IMG/VR virus record: IMGVR_UViG_3300025536_000010
Location: 1-64,000 of that record
Direction: 5' to 3' (one strand)
Length of the DNA stretch: 64,000 bases
Positions 18,582-27,665 of this stretch are shown piece after piece. Position 1 is the stretch's first letter. Each line of letters opens with the position of its first letter. The notes under the pieces were generated by a model that did not search any database, was not told the DNA's origin, and saw only the letters and a list, made by a program, of their open reading frames with translations. The translations under genes were made by a program, and so were the position numbers.

Positions 18582-19169
18582 GTGGCAGAGACAAACGGGC
18601 ATCTGAATGGGCACCAGAACAACGGTTTCCCCGCTCGGCCAGTGCCGACCGAGGAACTGAACTTCACGGCTTTCCCGAAAGATCATCGTCGGCTTATCCC
18701 TGGCGAGCACCTGGAGGCTGGTGACCTGGTGCGCGACTGCACCAAGCGGAAGACGCCCTGGCGCCCTGTCGGGGCGCATCGGCTCGGCCGCGAGGTCACC
18801 TACACCCGTTTCACCTACGCCCGCCCACTGACCGGCTCGAAGCCGCCCATGTGGCTGATCCACAACTACATGTTCGGCCTGGTGGCCTTCGTGATTGAGG
18901 AGTCGTGGTTGGTCGAGTCGCTGGCCACGGACCAGTTCACCCGCAAGCGTTGCCAGGCGTGCGGCGGCAGGGGCACGATCAACGAGCAAGTCCTCGCCGA
19001 CATGGAAGAGGACGGTGTCGAGATCGTTAAGCCGCCACGCGACTATGTCCACTGCGAGGACTGCCCGGTCCAGGCGTTCTCGTGTTCGCTGATGATGTTC
19101 GAGGATGCGTTCGACACTTACCTGCGGACCTACGGGGTCAAGTTCCACGAGGAGCCGCAGAGCACCTGA
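18582..19169 (+). CDS. Hypothetical protein with Zn-finger
   Basis: RBS GGAGG, GTG start; CQACGGRG...HCEDC. Confidence 0.65.
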   Translation: MAETNGHLNGHQNNGFPARPVPTEELNFTAFPKDHRRLIPGEHLEAGDLVRDCTKRKTPWRPVGAHRLGREVTYTRFTYARPLTGSKPPMWLIHNYMFGLVAFVIEESWLVESLATDQFTRKRCQACGGRGTINEQVLADMEEDGVEIVKPPRDYVHCEDCPVQAFSCSLMMFEDAFDTYLRTYGVKFHEEPQST

Positions 19170-19188
19170 TCCGCGAAGGGAGTTACCC

Positions 19189-19911
19189 ATGCTTATCAAT
19201 CGTCGTGAGAGCCTGGTCGGCATGCTAGCCGGCATCGTGGGCCTGCTCTTTGGTAAGGTGGCACAGGCCACCGTGGGGCGCTGGCGGGAGCGGGAGTCCG
19301 GCGGCTTCGTTAGCGCCAGCGGCTGGGGTATCAACTACAATCAGCGCTTCTTCGACCGTCAGGTTGGTACCCAGAAGGAGTACAAGAGCGACTGGCCGGT
19401 CCTCAGCGTCTGCCACGACGGCTTCCTCTGGGGTCAGTGGTCTACGGATCATTTCCCGGTGAAGACGTGGTACGACTTCAACCAGGGCAAGTACGACAGC
19501 CCGCTCGTGCGCAAGCTGGCCGACCAGGTGGGCTACTGCCTGGCCCTGGACAAGGAGTTCATTTTCAACAGGCCGCGCCGGAAGTACCTGCGGCACATGT
19601 ACAACACCGACCCGTTCGCCCGCATGGTCCTGGAGGCCGCTGCTGCGCATGACGAGGCATTCGCCGTGTGGCACGATATGACCCCGCAGGAGATGATGGA
19701 GCGCGCCGAGGCCGTTGCTTGGGAGATCATTCGCCTGCCGGCCGAAGCCCGCGAGCAGGCTATGCTGGCGCTCAAGCACCAGGTTTCCCCCGAGATGGTC
19801 TGCCTGGTGAAGTACAAGATGCGGAAGCTGTGGTACGACTCCGCGCTGTTCCGCTACCAGGAAGCCCTGACTCACGACTACCTCGTCCCGTTCAAAGTTA
19901 TCTCGGCCTGA
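19189..19911 (+). CDS. Hypothetical protein with Tat-like signal
   Basis: MLINRRESLVGMLAGIVGLLFGKVAQA; RBS AAGGGAG. Confidence 0.65.
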   Translation: MLINRRESLVGMLAGIVGLLFGKVAQATVGRWRERESGGFVSASGWGINYNQRFFDRQVGTQKEYKSDWPVLSVCHDGFLWGQWSTDHFPVKTWYDFNQGKYDSPLVRKLADQVGYCLALDKEFIFNRPRRKYLRHMYNTDPFARMVLEAAAAHDEAFAVWHDMTPQEMMERAEAVAWEIIRLPAEAREQAMLALKHQVSPEMVCLVKYKMRKLWYDSALFRYQEALTHDYLVPFKVISA

Positions 19912-19942
19912 CGGAGCGCTCGCTTCTGTGAGGATGGGCATC

Positions 19943-20305
19943 ATGAAAGTGCTGTGCGTGTGCGAGCGGGGCAACAGTCGCTCCGTGTGCATGACCTGGC
20001 TGCTCAAGGATCACTACGGCGTGGAGGCGCTCGCCTGCGGTATCACGGCCATCACCGCGGACACCTGGCGATTGCTGTACAGTTGGGCGGACAAGGTCAT
20101 CCTCATGCACGCTCCGCTCCGCAGGCACATTCCAGGCGGCGACCCGGAGTTGAAAATGGTCGTCTGCGATGTCGGGGCCGACGTGTACTGGGAGCCGCCG
20201 CACGCCGATCTAACCGATCAGTGTCGAAGTTTCATTGAGAGCCGCCTGGGCCTGGCCCGCGGCCGGTTTCTGGGGGGTAAAGCGCCGTGTGGCAGAACTT
20301 CCTGA
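19943..20305 (+). CDS. Low-molecular-weight protein tyrosine phosphatase-like protein
   Basis: KVLCVCERGNSRS (C-x5-R P-loop), WADKVILM. Confidence 0.75.
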   Translation: MKVLCVCERGNSRSVCMTWLLKDHYGVEALACGITAITADTWRLLYSWADKVILMHAPLRRHIPGGDPELKMVVCDVGADVYWEPPHADLTDQCRSFIESRLGLARGRFLGGKAPCGRTS

Positions 20306-20859
20306 ACAACCTGTGGGCCTGGTTGGGCGCTGGCAAACCTGCACCGCCGCCGCCCAGGCCGCCAACCACGCCGGAACCGCCACCGCTCAATCCTGGCCAG
20401 GGCTTCGACGTGGAATTGCTGGACGCGCACAACCAGGCACGCAAGACCGCTGGGTTGCAGGCCCTGACTCTGCATGTGCAGCTGGACGCCGCCGCCCAGG
20501 CCCACGCGGACTGGATGGCCCGCAACCGCGACATGGATCACAATGAGACGCCGGGCACGCCGAGCTACTACGGCGTCGAGTTCGACGACCGCATTCGCAA
20601 AGCGGGCTACAACCCGCGCTCGGGCGGCGAGAACATTGCAGCCGGGCAACGCTCCGCGCAGCAGGTGTTCACCGCCTGGATGAACTCCTCGGGGCACCGC
20701 CGGAACATCCTCAACACGGTGTACTGGCACTGCGGCTTCGGGGCAGCCCGGGACCAGTACGGGAATCTCTACTGGTGCGCTGTTTTTGCCTCGCCTGTGC
20801 ATCGTGCCAGGGTGCAAGCAACCTACCACCTGCCGCGGGCGTTGGTCCGGCGGGGGTAA
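20287..20859 (+). CDS. CAP/SCP domain protein
   Basis: LLDAHNQAR..AGL, AAAQAHA, GENIAAGQ, AWMNSSGHRRNILN, YWCAVFA. Confidence 0.9.
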   Translation: MWQNFLNNLWAWLGAGKPAPPPPRPPTTPEPPPLNPGQGFDVELLDAHNQARKTAGLQALTLHVQLDAAAQAHADWMARNRDMDHNETPGTPSYYGVEFDDRIRKAGYNPRSGGENIAAGQRSAQQVFTAWMNSSGHRRNILNTVYWHCGFGAARDQYGNLYWCAVFASPVHRARVQATYHLPRALVRRG

Positions 20860-21008
20860 GCGGGAGGACGCGCCGATGCGTCTACCAAGCCACGGAGGGC
20901 AGAGCCCGGTACGAGGCCGGTGCTCATGTGGTACGGAGATCGTCAACCTGGGCAGCAGGCGGGGCTGGTGTCCCACCTGCTGCCGGGTCCATACAGGGGA
21001 TGGAACCC

Positions 21009-21461
21009 ATGACTCGCGTGATGACACCGATAGTGAAGGAGAAGTTGTGGGGGGTGACGAGGCCGGTTGACATCAGCCCCACGCACGAACTGCACCATGC
21101 CACGATCAAGGCGGGCGGGTTCAGCAGCCAGCACTGTCACCACCGGAAGTTTAACGGCTTCTATGTCGTTTCCGGCACGTTGCTGGTACACTTCTATCGA
21201 CGTAAGGGCGACGCAACCCCTTACGACACTGGACGGGCAGAAGCTGGCAGCAGCGTCATTGCCGTCTGGGACGAATGGCACCGCTTCGAGGCGGTGACCG
21301 ACGTAGAGTTGATTGAGTGGTATTTCAACGACCACGTCGACCCCACCGACATCGAGCGTTACGACGAGGGGGGTCTGACGCCGCCCTCAGAGGACGCAAC
21401 ACAGCCATGTCCAACCTCTTCGACGTCACCGAGCAAACCAAGCAAATCGCCGAGTTCGTGA
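21009..21461 (+). CDS. Cupin-domain protein (sugar isomerase-like)
   Basis: KLWG, SSQHCHHRKFNGFYVVSGTL, EWHRFEA. Confidence 0.7.
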   Translation: MTRVMTPIVKEKLWGVTRPVDISPTHELHHATIKAGGFSSQHCHHRKFNGFYVVSGTLLVHFYRRKGDATPYDTGRAEAGSSVIAVWDEWHRFEAVTDVELIEWYFNDHVDPTDIERYDEGGLTPPSEDATQPCPTSSTSPSKPSKSPSS

Positions 21462-22027
21462 AGGCGTTGCCGCCCAGGCTGCTCACGCACGATCCCAAGA
21501 GCAGGCCCGTGCATGTGCCGCAGGCCGTGGCCTACTACGTCAAACCCACGGACGAGGTCCGGGCCATCCCTTGCCCGCCGTGGTTGGAGGAGATGGCCGC
21601 GGCCATCCGACGTAACGACGTGGAGGTCGCCGCTGCCCTGGTGCCGCTGACCAAGCCGGTGTTCAGCCGGCTCGCCGCGCACGTCATGGGTGATAACCCA
21701 CCCGGCGAGTTCCATGAGTCTACCGACTTGCTCGCTCACATCCGGTCGGTCAACCCGAAGTTGCGTATCAGTCCCGTCAGCGGCGTGAAGCTCGACATCG
21801 ACAAGGACGAAATGGACGGGCACGCTCTGGGCATGTTTTTCCTGCCGATCTTACGGCTGGCCCAGACCCTCGACAGGACAGCCCGCGACGTGGCCGACAA
21901 GGCAGCTAAAGCCGGCGGCAAGGGCCGCTACAAGATGTACTACTCGGGCATCGAATACTTCGTGACCCGCGAGGCGTTCCTGGTGACCGCCTATCCCTGG
22001 ACGCATATTGTCGGTTGGGGGGAATAA
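21407..22027 (+). CDS. Hypothetical protein
   Basis: RBS GAGGA; GC3-rich. Confidence 0.65.
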   Translation: MSNLFDVTEQTKQIAEFVKALPPRLLTHDPKSRPVHVPQAVAYYVKPTDEVRAIPCPPWLEEMAAAIRRNDVEVAAALVPLTKPVFSRLAAHVMGDNPPGEFHESTDLLAHIRSVNPKLRISPVSGVKLDIDKDEMDGHALGMFFLPILRLAQTLDRTARDVADKAAKAGGKGRYKMYYSGIEYFVTREAFLVTAYPWTHIVGWGE

Positions 22028-22449
22028 TGGCCGAGCACCTGCCAGCCACGTTGCAGGAAGCCTTTCAAAGCACGAAGGATCGTATCGCCGACCGCATCAA
22101 GTCCTCGTTTGTGGAGTTGATGCCAGACGAACTCTGGAAGTCGATGGTGCAGAAAGAACTCCAGTGGTTCACCACGGAGCCACCGCGCAACTACTACGAC
22201 AAGGAAACGGTGGCACCGCTGCGGGGCATGATCCGCGAGGCCATCCGCGCCAAGATCAAAGAGGACATCGTCGCGGAGATCGGCAAGCCTGAGTACGAGG
22301 CCATTTTCGGGGGGACTGCGCTGCGCCCCGGCGAGGCCGTGCGGGACATCATCAAGGAGTTGTTGCCGGAGATGGTGGTGGCCATGTTCCAGGGCGTCGT
22401 CCACGCATCCGTCGACAAGCTGCGGCAGGAACTGACCAGGCACGACTAA
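22027..22449 (+). CDS. Hypothetical phage protein
   Basis: TAATG coupling to previous gene. Confidence 0.65.
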   Translation: MAEHLPATLQEAFQSTKDRIADRIKSSFVELMPDELWKSMVQKELQWFTTEPPRNYYDKETVAPLRGMIREAIRAKIKEDIVAEIGKPEYEAIFGGTALRPGEAVRDIIKELLPEMVVAMFQGVVHASVDKLRQELTRHD

Positions 22450-22476
22450 GTATCGCCTCAACGCGGAGGGACCACC

Positions 22477-22821
22477 ATGACGGTCACGCAACCCAGAAAG
22501 AAGTACATCGGCTACGCGGTACTGTACCGCAACGCGCCCAGGCACAAGGGCATCGACATCTTCCTGCGGGTGATGAACGAACGCGAGGGCCTGGCCGAGC
22601 AGCGCACGGCCAACTTGTGGGAGGCTACTACGTTCTCCGAGGAGGAGGCCGCACGCTGGTTGGAGAGGTATCCGCGTGCCAGCGACGCGCACCTGCCTGG
22701 CGAGATCGTGCCGGTCTTCGAGGAGACGACCAGGACGCTTACGCCGCCGGATGGTCCGAAGCGCCCAATTGCCATGCAAGTGGATACTGTGTTCGCGGCG
22801 TCGGGAAAGAAAGCGAGTTGA
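22477..22821 (+). CDS. Hypothetical protein
   Basis: RBS GGAGGG. Confidence 0.65.
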   Translation: MTVTQPRKKYIGYAVLYRNAPRHKGIDIFLRVMNEREGLAEQRTANLWEATTFSEEEAARWLERYPRASDAHLPGEIVPVFEETTRTLTPPDGPKRPIAMQVDTVFAASGKKAS

Positions 22822-22854
22822 CCGAACGGCCGGGCAGAGCCCACGGAGGGGCCA

Positions 22855-23505
22855 ATGATCCGGGACGTTGTGGAGAAAGTGAGCGAGCTTCGAGACAAGC
22901 CGTGGTTGATCCTGGGCAAAGGTCCAAGCCTGGATCTCCGCGGCTGTTTCGACCTCGACGATTACCATGTCTTCACGCTCAATCACGCCTGCAAGGTCCA
23001 CCGGGCTACAGCAGCCCATTTCACGGACCTGGAGGCCCTCCACGATTGCTGGGACGACTTGATCGTGGTGCAGGGAGTGTCGCTTCCCTATGTACCGAGC
23101 CTGGTGATGCCGTGGGTGCCACACCGGGACATGGGACCAGGACACTTCAACCTTTCGGAACTTATCCAGGAAGGGGTGGAACCACGCCTGCGGTTGCTCT
23201 CGGATATTGATCGGCTGTGGTCGTATAACTCGACCCGGGTGCCCACTAGCCGGTGGCATAAGAGCCTGACGCCGGTGCGGGTCCGCTACTTTTCGGCGGT
23301 GGCAGCTTTCAATATCCTGGGCCTGGCTGGCTGTAAGCGCGTGTACAGCTTGGGCGTCGACGGCGGCGTCAAGTACGCCAAGGGTTTCGACCCGCGCCAC
23401 TGTCTGGCGAACGGACGGACGAGCTTCGACATACAGTTCAAAGAGATCACGGCGACGCTGGAGCGCCATCGCATGACTTGGACCAACCTGGCTGACAAAG
23501 TGTGA
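22855..23505 (+). CDS. MptE-like / GT42-GT29-like Rossmann transferase
   Basis: WLILGKGPSL, FTLNHA, AGCKRVYSLGVDG. Confidence 0.7.
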   Translation: MIRDVVEKVSELRDKPWLILGKGPSLDLRGCFDLDDYHVFTLNHACKVHRATAAHFTDLEALHDCWDDLIVVQGVSLPYVPSLVMPWVPHRDMGPGHFNLSELIQEGVEPRLRLLSDIDRLWSYNSTRVPTSRWHKSLTPVRVRYFSAVAAFNILGLAGCKRVYSLGVDGGVKYAKGFDPRHCLANGRTSFDIQFKEITATLERHRMTWTNLADKV

Positions 23506-23513
23506 GGTGCTGT

Positions 23514-23738
23514 ATGAAGCTGCGTGCGAATGTCACCGTGGCTAACGGTAACACGATTACGACCGACTCTGTGGAGTCGGTGAGCGACCTGGCGGAGAAA
23601 CTGCGAGGCCAACCTGCCGAGGACGTGACGCTGGTGCTCACGTTCGATAAACTGAGCGAGGCCCTGGTCCTAGCCCGCGAACTGGCGAGCGGTTTGCCGG
23701 TGATCGCGGAGTGTTTTGCGCATAAACCGCCCGAATAA
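23514..23738 (+). CDS. Small hypothetical protein, paralog A
   Basis: MKLRANVTVANGNTITT..S..LAEKLRG..VTL...LPVIAECF. Confidence 0.65.
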   Translation: MKLRANVTVANGNTITTDSVESVSDLAEKLRGQPAEDVTLVLTFDKLSEALVLARELASGLPVIAECFAHKPPE

Positions 23739-23755
23739 CGAGGAGGCGTTCAAGG

Positions 23756-23968
23756 ATGAACATTCGCGCTGCTATAACCTTGCCCAACGGCAATGTCGTG
23801 CAGACTGGCAACTGCCAGTCCTGTGCGACCCTGGCGGAGCGCCTGCGCGGCTACGCAGCCGTCAAGGTCACGCTCCAGGTCGAGTTCGAGAGCCAGGAAG
23901 ACACTAAACAACTCCAGCACGCTATGCCCGTGCTGGCTGACTGTTTCGGCCCGCCCAAGGATCGCTAA
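23756..23968 (+). CDS. Small hypothetical protein, paralog B
   Basis: MNIRAAITLPNGNVVQT..S..LAERLRG..VTL...MPVLADCF. Confidence 0.65.
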   Translation: MNIRAAITLPNGNVVQTGNCQSCATLAERLRGYAAVKVTLQVEFESQEDTKQLQHAMPVLADCFGPPKDR

Positions 23969-23969
23969 C

Positions 23970-24263
23970 ATGCCACTGGAGATGATCCCGCGCACCGTGG
24001 AATACTACTACCTGCTACGGCACTTGGTCGCAGGCAGCGTGGTCAAAGCCAGGGATCGGCTCTGGACTGTCGAGCGCTTCGACTGGTCCAAGGGCCGGTT
24101 CTCTGCGCCTGTCTGGGTGGCCGGCTACACGCCACAGGGTAAGCTGGAACGCTTGGTCGTCCGCCTGCCGGAGATCACCGATGTCATGGTGCCGGTCGAC
24201 CACCAGATCCCCGGCGGCCAGATTGACCCCTGCTTTATTGACCAGGTGCCTCCGCATGGCTAA
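23970..24263 (+). CDS. Hypothetical protein
   Basis: Starts 1 nt after previous stop. Confidence 0.55.
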   Translation: MPLEMIPRTVEYYYLLRHLVAGSVVKARDRLWTVERFDWSKGRFSAPVWVAGYTPQGKLERLVVRLPEITDVMVPVDHQIPGGQIDPCFIDQVPPHG

Positions 24264-24306
24264 GATCGCCCGGCGATGTTACCATAGCGATATGGAGGCA
24301 AGGACC

Positions 24307-24744
24307 ATGACTGAGCAAGAACAAGAGATCGCGCGACTGCGGCAGTGGGTGGCCGATTTGCAGAGCGGCATGTACGTCAACTGCGTCTATTGTGGGCACA
24401 ACTACGGCCCCAAGGACAAGGTGCCCTGCACGATGGCGGATGCGCTCAAGCAGCACGTCGAGCAGTGCCCCGAACACCCCCTGAGCAAGCTGCGGGCGGC
24501 GACCATGCAGGTGCTGCGCGACGTGGGCGGCTTCATTGCAGCAGCTGATAAGCTCTACCTGTGGGACAAGAAGTTCCCGCGCGGCTTGATGTTGCAGATG
24601 GGGGAGTCCGGGCGCAAGTGCCGTGAGTTCTTGGGTCCGCACCACCTGGCGGACCTGACCAACGACCCGACCGTAGCCGCGGTTATCCGCAAGGCCCTGG
24701 CCCCGGTCGACAACGCTGCCGAGATCGAGGAACTGCTGCGGTAG
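24307..24744 (+). CDS. Phage protein with Cys/His Zn-binding motif
   Basis: LQSGMYVNCVYCGHNYGP...HVEQCPEHP; RBS GGAGG; upstream TG-T-TACCAT at 24277-24285. Confidence 0.7.
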   Translation: MTEQEQEIARLRQWVADLQSGMYVNCVYCGHNYGPKDKVPCTMADALKQHVEQCPEHPLSKLRAATMQVLRDVGGFIAAADKLYLWDKKFPRGLMLQMGESGRKCREFLGPHHLADLTNDPTVAAVIRKALAPVDNAAEIEELLR

Positions 24745-24745
24745 C

Positions 24746-24763
24746 CTAAAAGCCACTTTTGAG
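24746..24763 (+). repeat. Dispersed AAAAGCC-nn-TTTT motif copy
   Basis: CTAAAAGCCACTTTTGAG, intergenic. Confidence 0.7.
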
Positions 24764-24782
24764 AAGCTCCAGGGAGGGAACG

Positions 24783-25652
24783 ATGGCTGTACGGAACACC
24801 GCCGAGAAGATCAGGGTTTTCATCGGCACGGAGCCCAAGACCGAGATCGCTCGCCGGGTGCTGGAGTGCAGCATCATCCGCCGCACGGAGATGAAGGTGG
24901 ACTTCGTCCCCATGATCGGCAAGGACTGGGAGTACAGCACTCAGGGCATCCAGGTAGGGACCGGGTTTAGTCTGCGGCGCTGGATGATTCCGGCCTACTG
25001 CAACTGGACTGGCCGGGCGATCTACCTGGATGCCGACCAACTGGTGTTCGGGGACATCTGGGACTTGTGGACCAAACCAGAACAACTGGGCAAGCCGCAC
25101 CAGTCGACGTACTGCACCTACCAACCCGACAAGTTCAGCAAGGAGCCGTGGCCCCAGACGTCGGTCATGGTTATCAACTGTGACGCGGCCAAGCAGGAGT
25201 GGGGCTGGCAGCTTACCCAGGTGCTGGACTACCTGCGGAAGTCGCCCAGCCGGGAGGTCTACACCAACTTCATGCACTTGATCGCCGACAAGAAGTGGTG
25301 GACGACGCAACCGCCTGGGCAGATCGAGACGCCGTGGAATCATCTGTGCGCCTTCCAGCCCGGTAAGACGAAGCTCCTGCACTACACCAAGGAACCCGAA
25401 CAGCCCTGGTACAAACCCGACCATCCGCTGGCCGCTCAATGGAAACTCGAACTCTCTGTCGCCATCAGTGCTGGGTACGTCACGGAAGACATGCTCAATG
25501 CCGCCCTGGCCAGGTGGGACGTCAAGGAAGACTGGCGACCGACCAACGGCTTGCACCCCGACTACGACCGCTTCCGCCCCAGCGTCAGCGCAAGCAAGAA
25601 CGGTAACATCCTGGCCAAACGTAAGAAGCCAGCAACTCAGGAGAAAGCATGA
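24783..25652 (+). CDS. Glycosyltransferase, GT-A (GT8-like)
   Basis: RVFIG..SI, TGFSLRRWMIP, AIYLDADQL (DxD), TSVMVINC, LLHYT. Confidence 0.8.
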   Translation: MAVRNTAEKIRVFIGTEPKTEIARRVLECSIIRRTEMKVDFVPMIGKDWEYSTQGIQVGTGFSLRRWMIPAYCNWTGRAIYLDADQLVFGDIWDLWTKPEQLGKPHQSTYCTYQPDKFSKEPWPQTSVMVINCDAAKQEWGWQLTQVLDYLRKSPSREVYTNFMHLIADKKWWTTQPPGQIETPWNHLCAFQPGKTKLLHYTKEPEQPWYKPDHPLAAQWKLELSVAISAGYVTEDMLNAALARWDVKEDWRPTNGLHPDYDRFRPSVSASKNGNILAKRKKPATQEKA

Positions 25653-26101
25653 GCAACAAGGACGACATCATCAGTCCGGTAACGGTTGGCGCGCCGGGCA
25701 TGACACCAGCCGAGATCCAGGAGGCCATGCGGCAGGCGATGGCTGGACCCGCAGACCAGGTTTGCTGTGTCATCGAACCCGGGCGCCTCGGGGCTGAGGG
25801 CAGCGACGGCAAGCCGCTCGAACGCCCTGGCCTGATGCTGGACGACCGGGCGTACGTCACGCCCATCGACCAGTCCAAGGGTGCGTACCTTGACGGCCGC
25901 TATCACCCGGAGCCGCAGTTCCTGCACACGGCACCGGCCACGTCGGCCATGACCAGGCTGGTCCGCCAGGCTCAGGTCGGCCTGTTCTTGGCACACCTGA
26001 AACTCGCGCGCTCGCACAGCAAGGCAGCCGTCGTCGAGTTGTGGCGGGCGGCGTGCAATACTGTGACCTTGTGGAAACTCTGGTTCAAAGGCCGACCATG
26101 A
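25649..26101 (+). CDS. Hypothetical protein
   Basis: ATGA overlap, RBS AGGAG. Confidence 0.6.
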   Translation: MSNKDDIISPVTVGAPGMTPAEIQEAMRQAMAGPADQVCCVIEPGRLGAEGSDGKPLERPGLMLDDRAYVTPIDQSKGAYLDGRYHPEPQFLHTAPATSAMTRLVRQAQVGLFLAHLKLARSHSKAAVVELWRAACNTVTLWKLWFKGRP

Positions 26102-26619
26102 TTATCTGCCCCCAAGAACATCACCTGCATGGCCCCGACACCCACTGCGGGGAGATCGGCTGCACCTGCACCTGCCTGCTGTGTGTCCGCCGCCGGGCCT
26201 TCTGGGACGAGGCGGCCAAAGACCACTACAAGGTCGTCGGTGGACCGTGCGACGGCGTCCACACCTGGAAGTCCACGTTCCCTGGCCTCCAGGAGGGTGG
26301 TGTGGTCTGCTGTACCGTGCCTGGGTCCAGCACCAAGCGCCCGGGGCGCTATCGCCGCGAGGGGAACAAGCTGATCTACGTCGGCTCCGAGAACGTGGTG
26401 CTGTTCGAGGGTGGGCCGCTGCATGGCAGCAACTACCCGGTCAAGCACCTGACGATCCCGGAGAACGGCTTGCTGCTGGTGCCGGCTGACCGGGGTACGG
26501 TGATGCGTTACCGTCTGGAGGCTGGCAAGCTGCACTACGTCGACACCGTGCCGGAGGCCGTGACGACTGAGCCGGAGATGCCTTTCCTGGGCGAGGGGCC
26601 TGGCCTGGAGATCCGCTAA
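26098..26619 (+). CDS. Hypothetical Cys-rich protein
   Basis: ATGA overlap; internal repeat VVGGPCDG / FEGGPLHG. Confidence 0.6.
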   Translation: MIICPQEHHLHGPDTHCGEIGCTCTCLLCVRRRAFWDEAAKDHYKVVGGPCDGVHTWKSTFPGLQEGGVVCCTVPGSSTKRPGRYRREGNKLIYVGSENVVLFEGGPLHGSNYPVKHLTIPENGLLLVPADRGTVMRYRLEAGKLHYVDTVPEAVTTEPEMPFLGEGPGLEIR

Positions 26620-26630
26620 GGAGGCGCACG

Positions 26631-27665
26631 GTGAAGGTCGGCATATTCAACACGAAAGAGACGCCGCGTGCCCGCTATATCATGGACTGCCTAGCCGAGG
26701 GTATGCGGGCCAACGGGGACGAGTGCGTCTGGATCGAGAACCGCAAACACCTGGGGACGCTCCAGCACGTCGACGTCACCGCCCAGATGTGCATGGTCAA
26801 CCAGCACCGCAGCGGCGACCCTATCAACCTCTTCCGCGTGGAGGCATGGCAGGAGGCTCGGCGTTTGGGTCTGCGGACCCTAGTGCTGGATACCGGCTTC
26901 GTCAGCAACCAGTACGACTACATCGCCAAGCAGAAACGCAACCCGGTCGTGCCGCGCTTTGACCTGGGCGACGTCAAGACATTCTCGGTGGCCGAGCGCA
27001 CCGTCTACTACGAGATAGCGTACGACGGTATCAAGGGTTTCGGCGATCACTGCACGGCTGGGGCTTTGCCGCTCGACCGCTGGAAGCTGCTCAACCGTAG
27101 CGTCAAACCCTGGCGGTTACGCGGTAGTAAGATCCTGTTTATGACGCAGCCTCTGCATGGCCAATCGAGCCAGGGTACGGACGTCTTCGCCTGGTACGGC
27201 AAGAAGTTCCGCGAGATCCGCGCGTTCACCCAGATGCCGGTCGTGGTACGCATCCACCCGCGCGTCGACAAGTTCCAGACCTCGAAGCGGCACACCGACA
27301 AGTACCGTGCGCGTATCAAAGAAGTCATCAACCATAAGGACGTGCGCTGGTCTGAAAAAATCTGTCTGGAGGAAGACCTGCTCGTCGCCCGTTTCGCTGT
27401 GGCCTACTCGACCAGCGCCGCCGTGGCTGCCGTGCTGGAGGGTGTGCCCGTTTGCGTCGGCAGCCCGGGCTGCATGGCCTGGCCGATGGCTCAGCCAGAC
27501 CTGAAAACGGCGTCCACCAGGCTCTGCACGATCCAGCGCAGCCCGTGGTTGGCTGCCCTGGCGTACAGCCAGTGGAACTGTGCGGAACTGCGGAACGGAT
27601 CGGCGTGGTCCCACTACCGCAGTCACGCGACATCCCCAAGGAAGGAGAGCGTTCATGTCGTCTGA
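26631..27665 (+). CDS. GT-B capsule-synthesis (KpsS/KpsC-like) glycosyltransferase, paralog 1
   Basis: VVRIHP, AVAYSTSAAVAAVLEGVPV, WLAALAYSQWNCAELRNG. Confidence 0.65.
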   Translation: MKVGIFNTKETPRARYIMDCLAEGMRANGDECVWIENRKHLGTLQHVDVTAQMCMVNQHRSGDPINLFRVEAWQEARRLGLRTLVLDTGFVSNQYDYIAKQKRNPVVPRFDLGDVKTFSVAERTVYYEIAYDGIKGFGDHCTAGALPLDRWKLLNRSVKPWRLRGSKILFMTQPLHGQSSQGTDVFAWYGKKFREIRAFTQMPVVVRIHPRVDKFQTSKRHTDKYRARIKEVINHKDVRWSEKICLEEDLLVARFAVAYSTSAAVAAVLEGVPVCVGSPGCMAWPMAQPDLKTASTRLCTIQRSPWLAALAYSQWNCAELRNGSAWSHYRSHATSPRKESVHVV

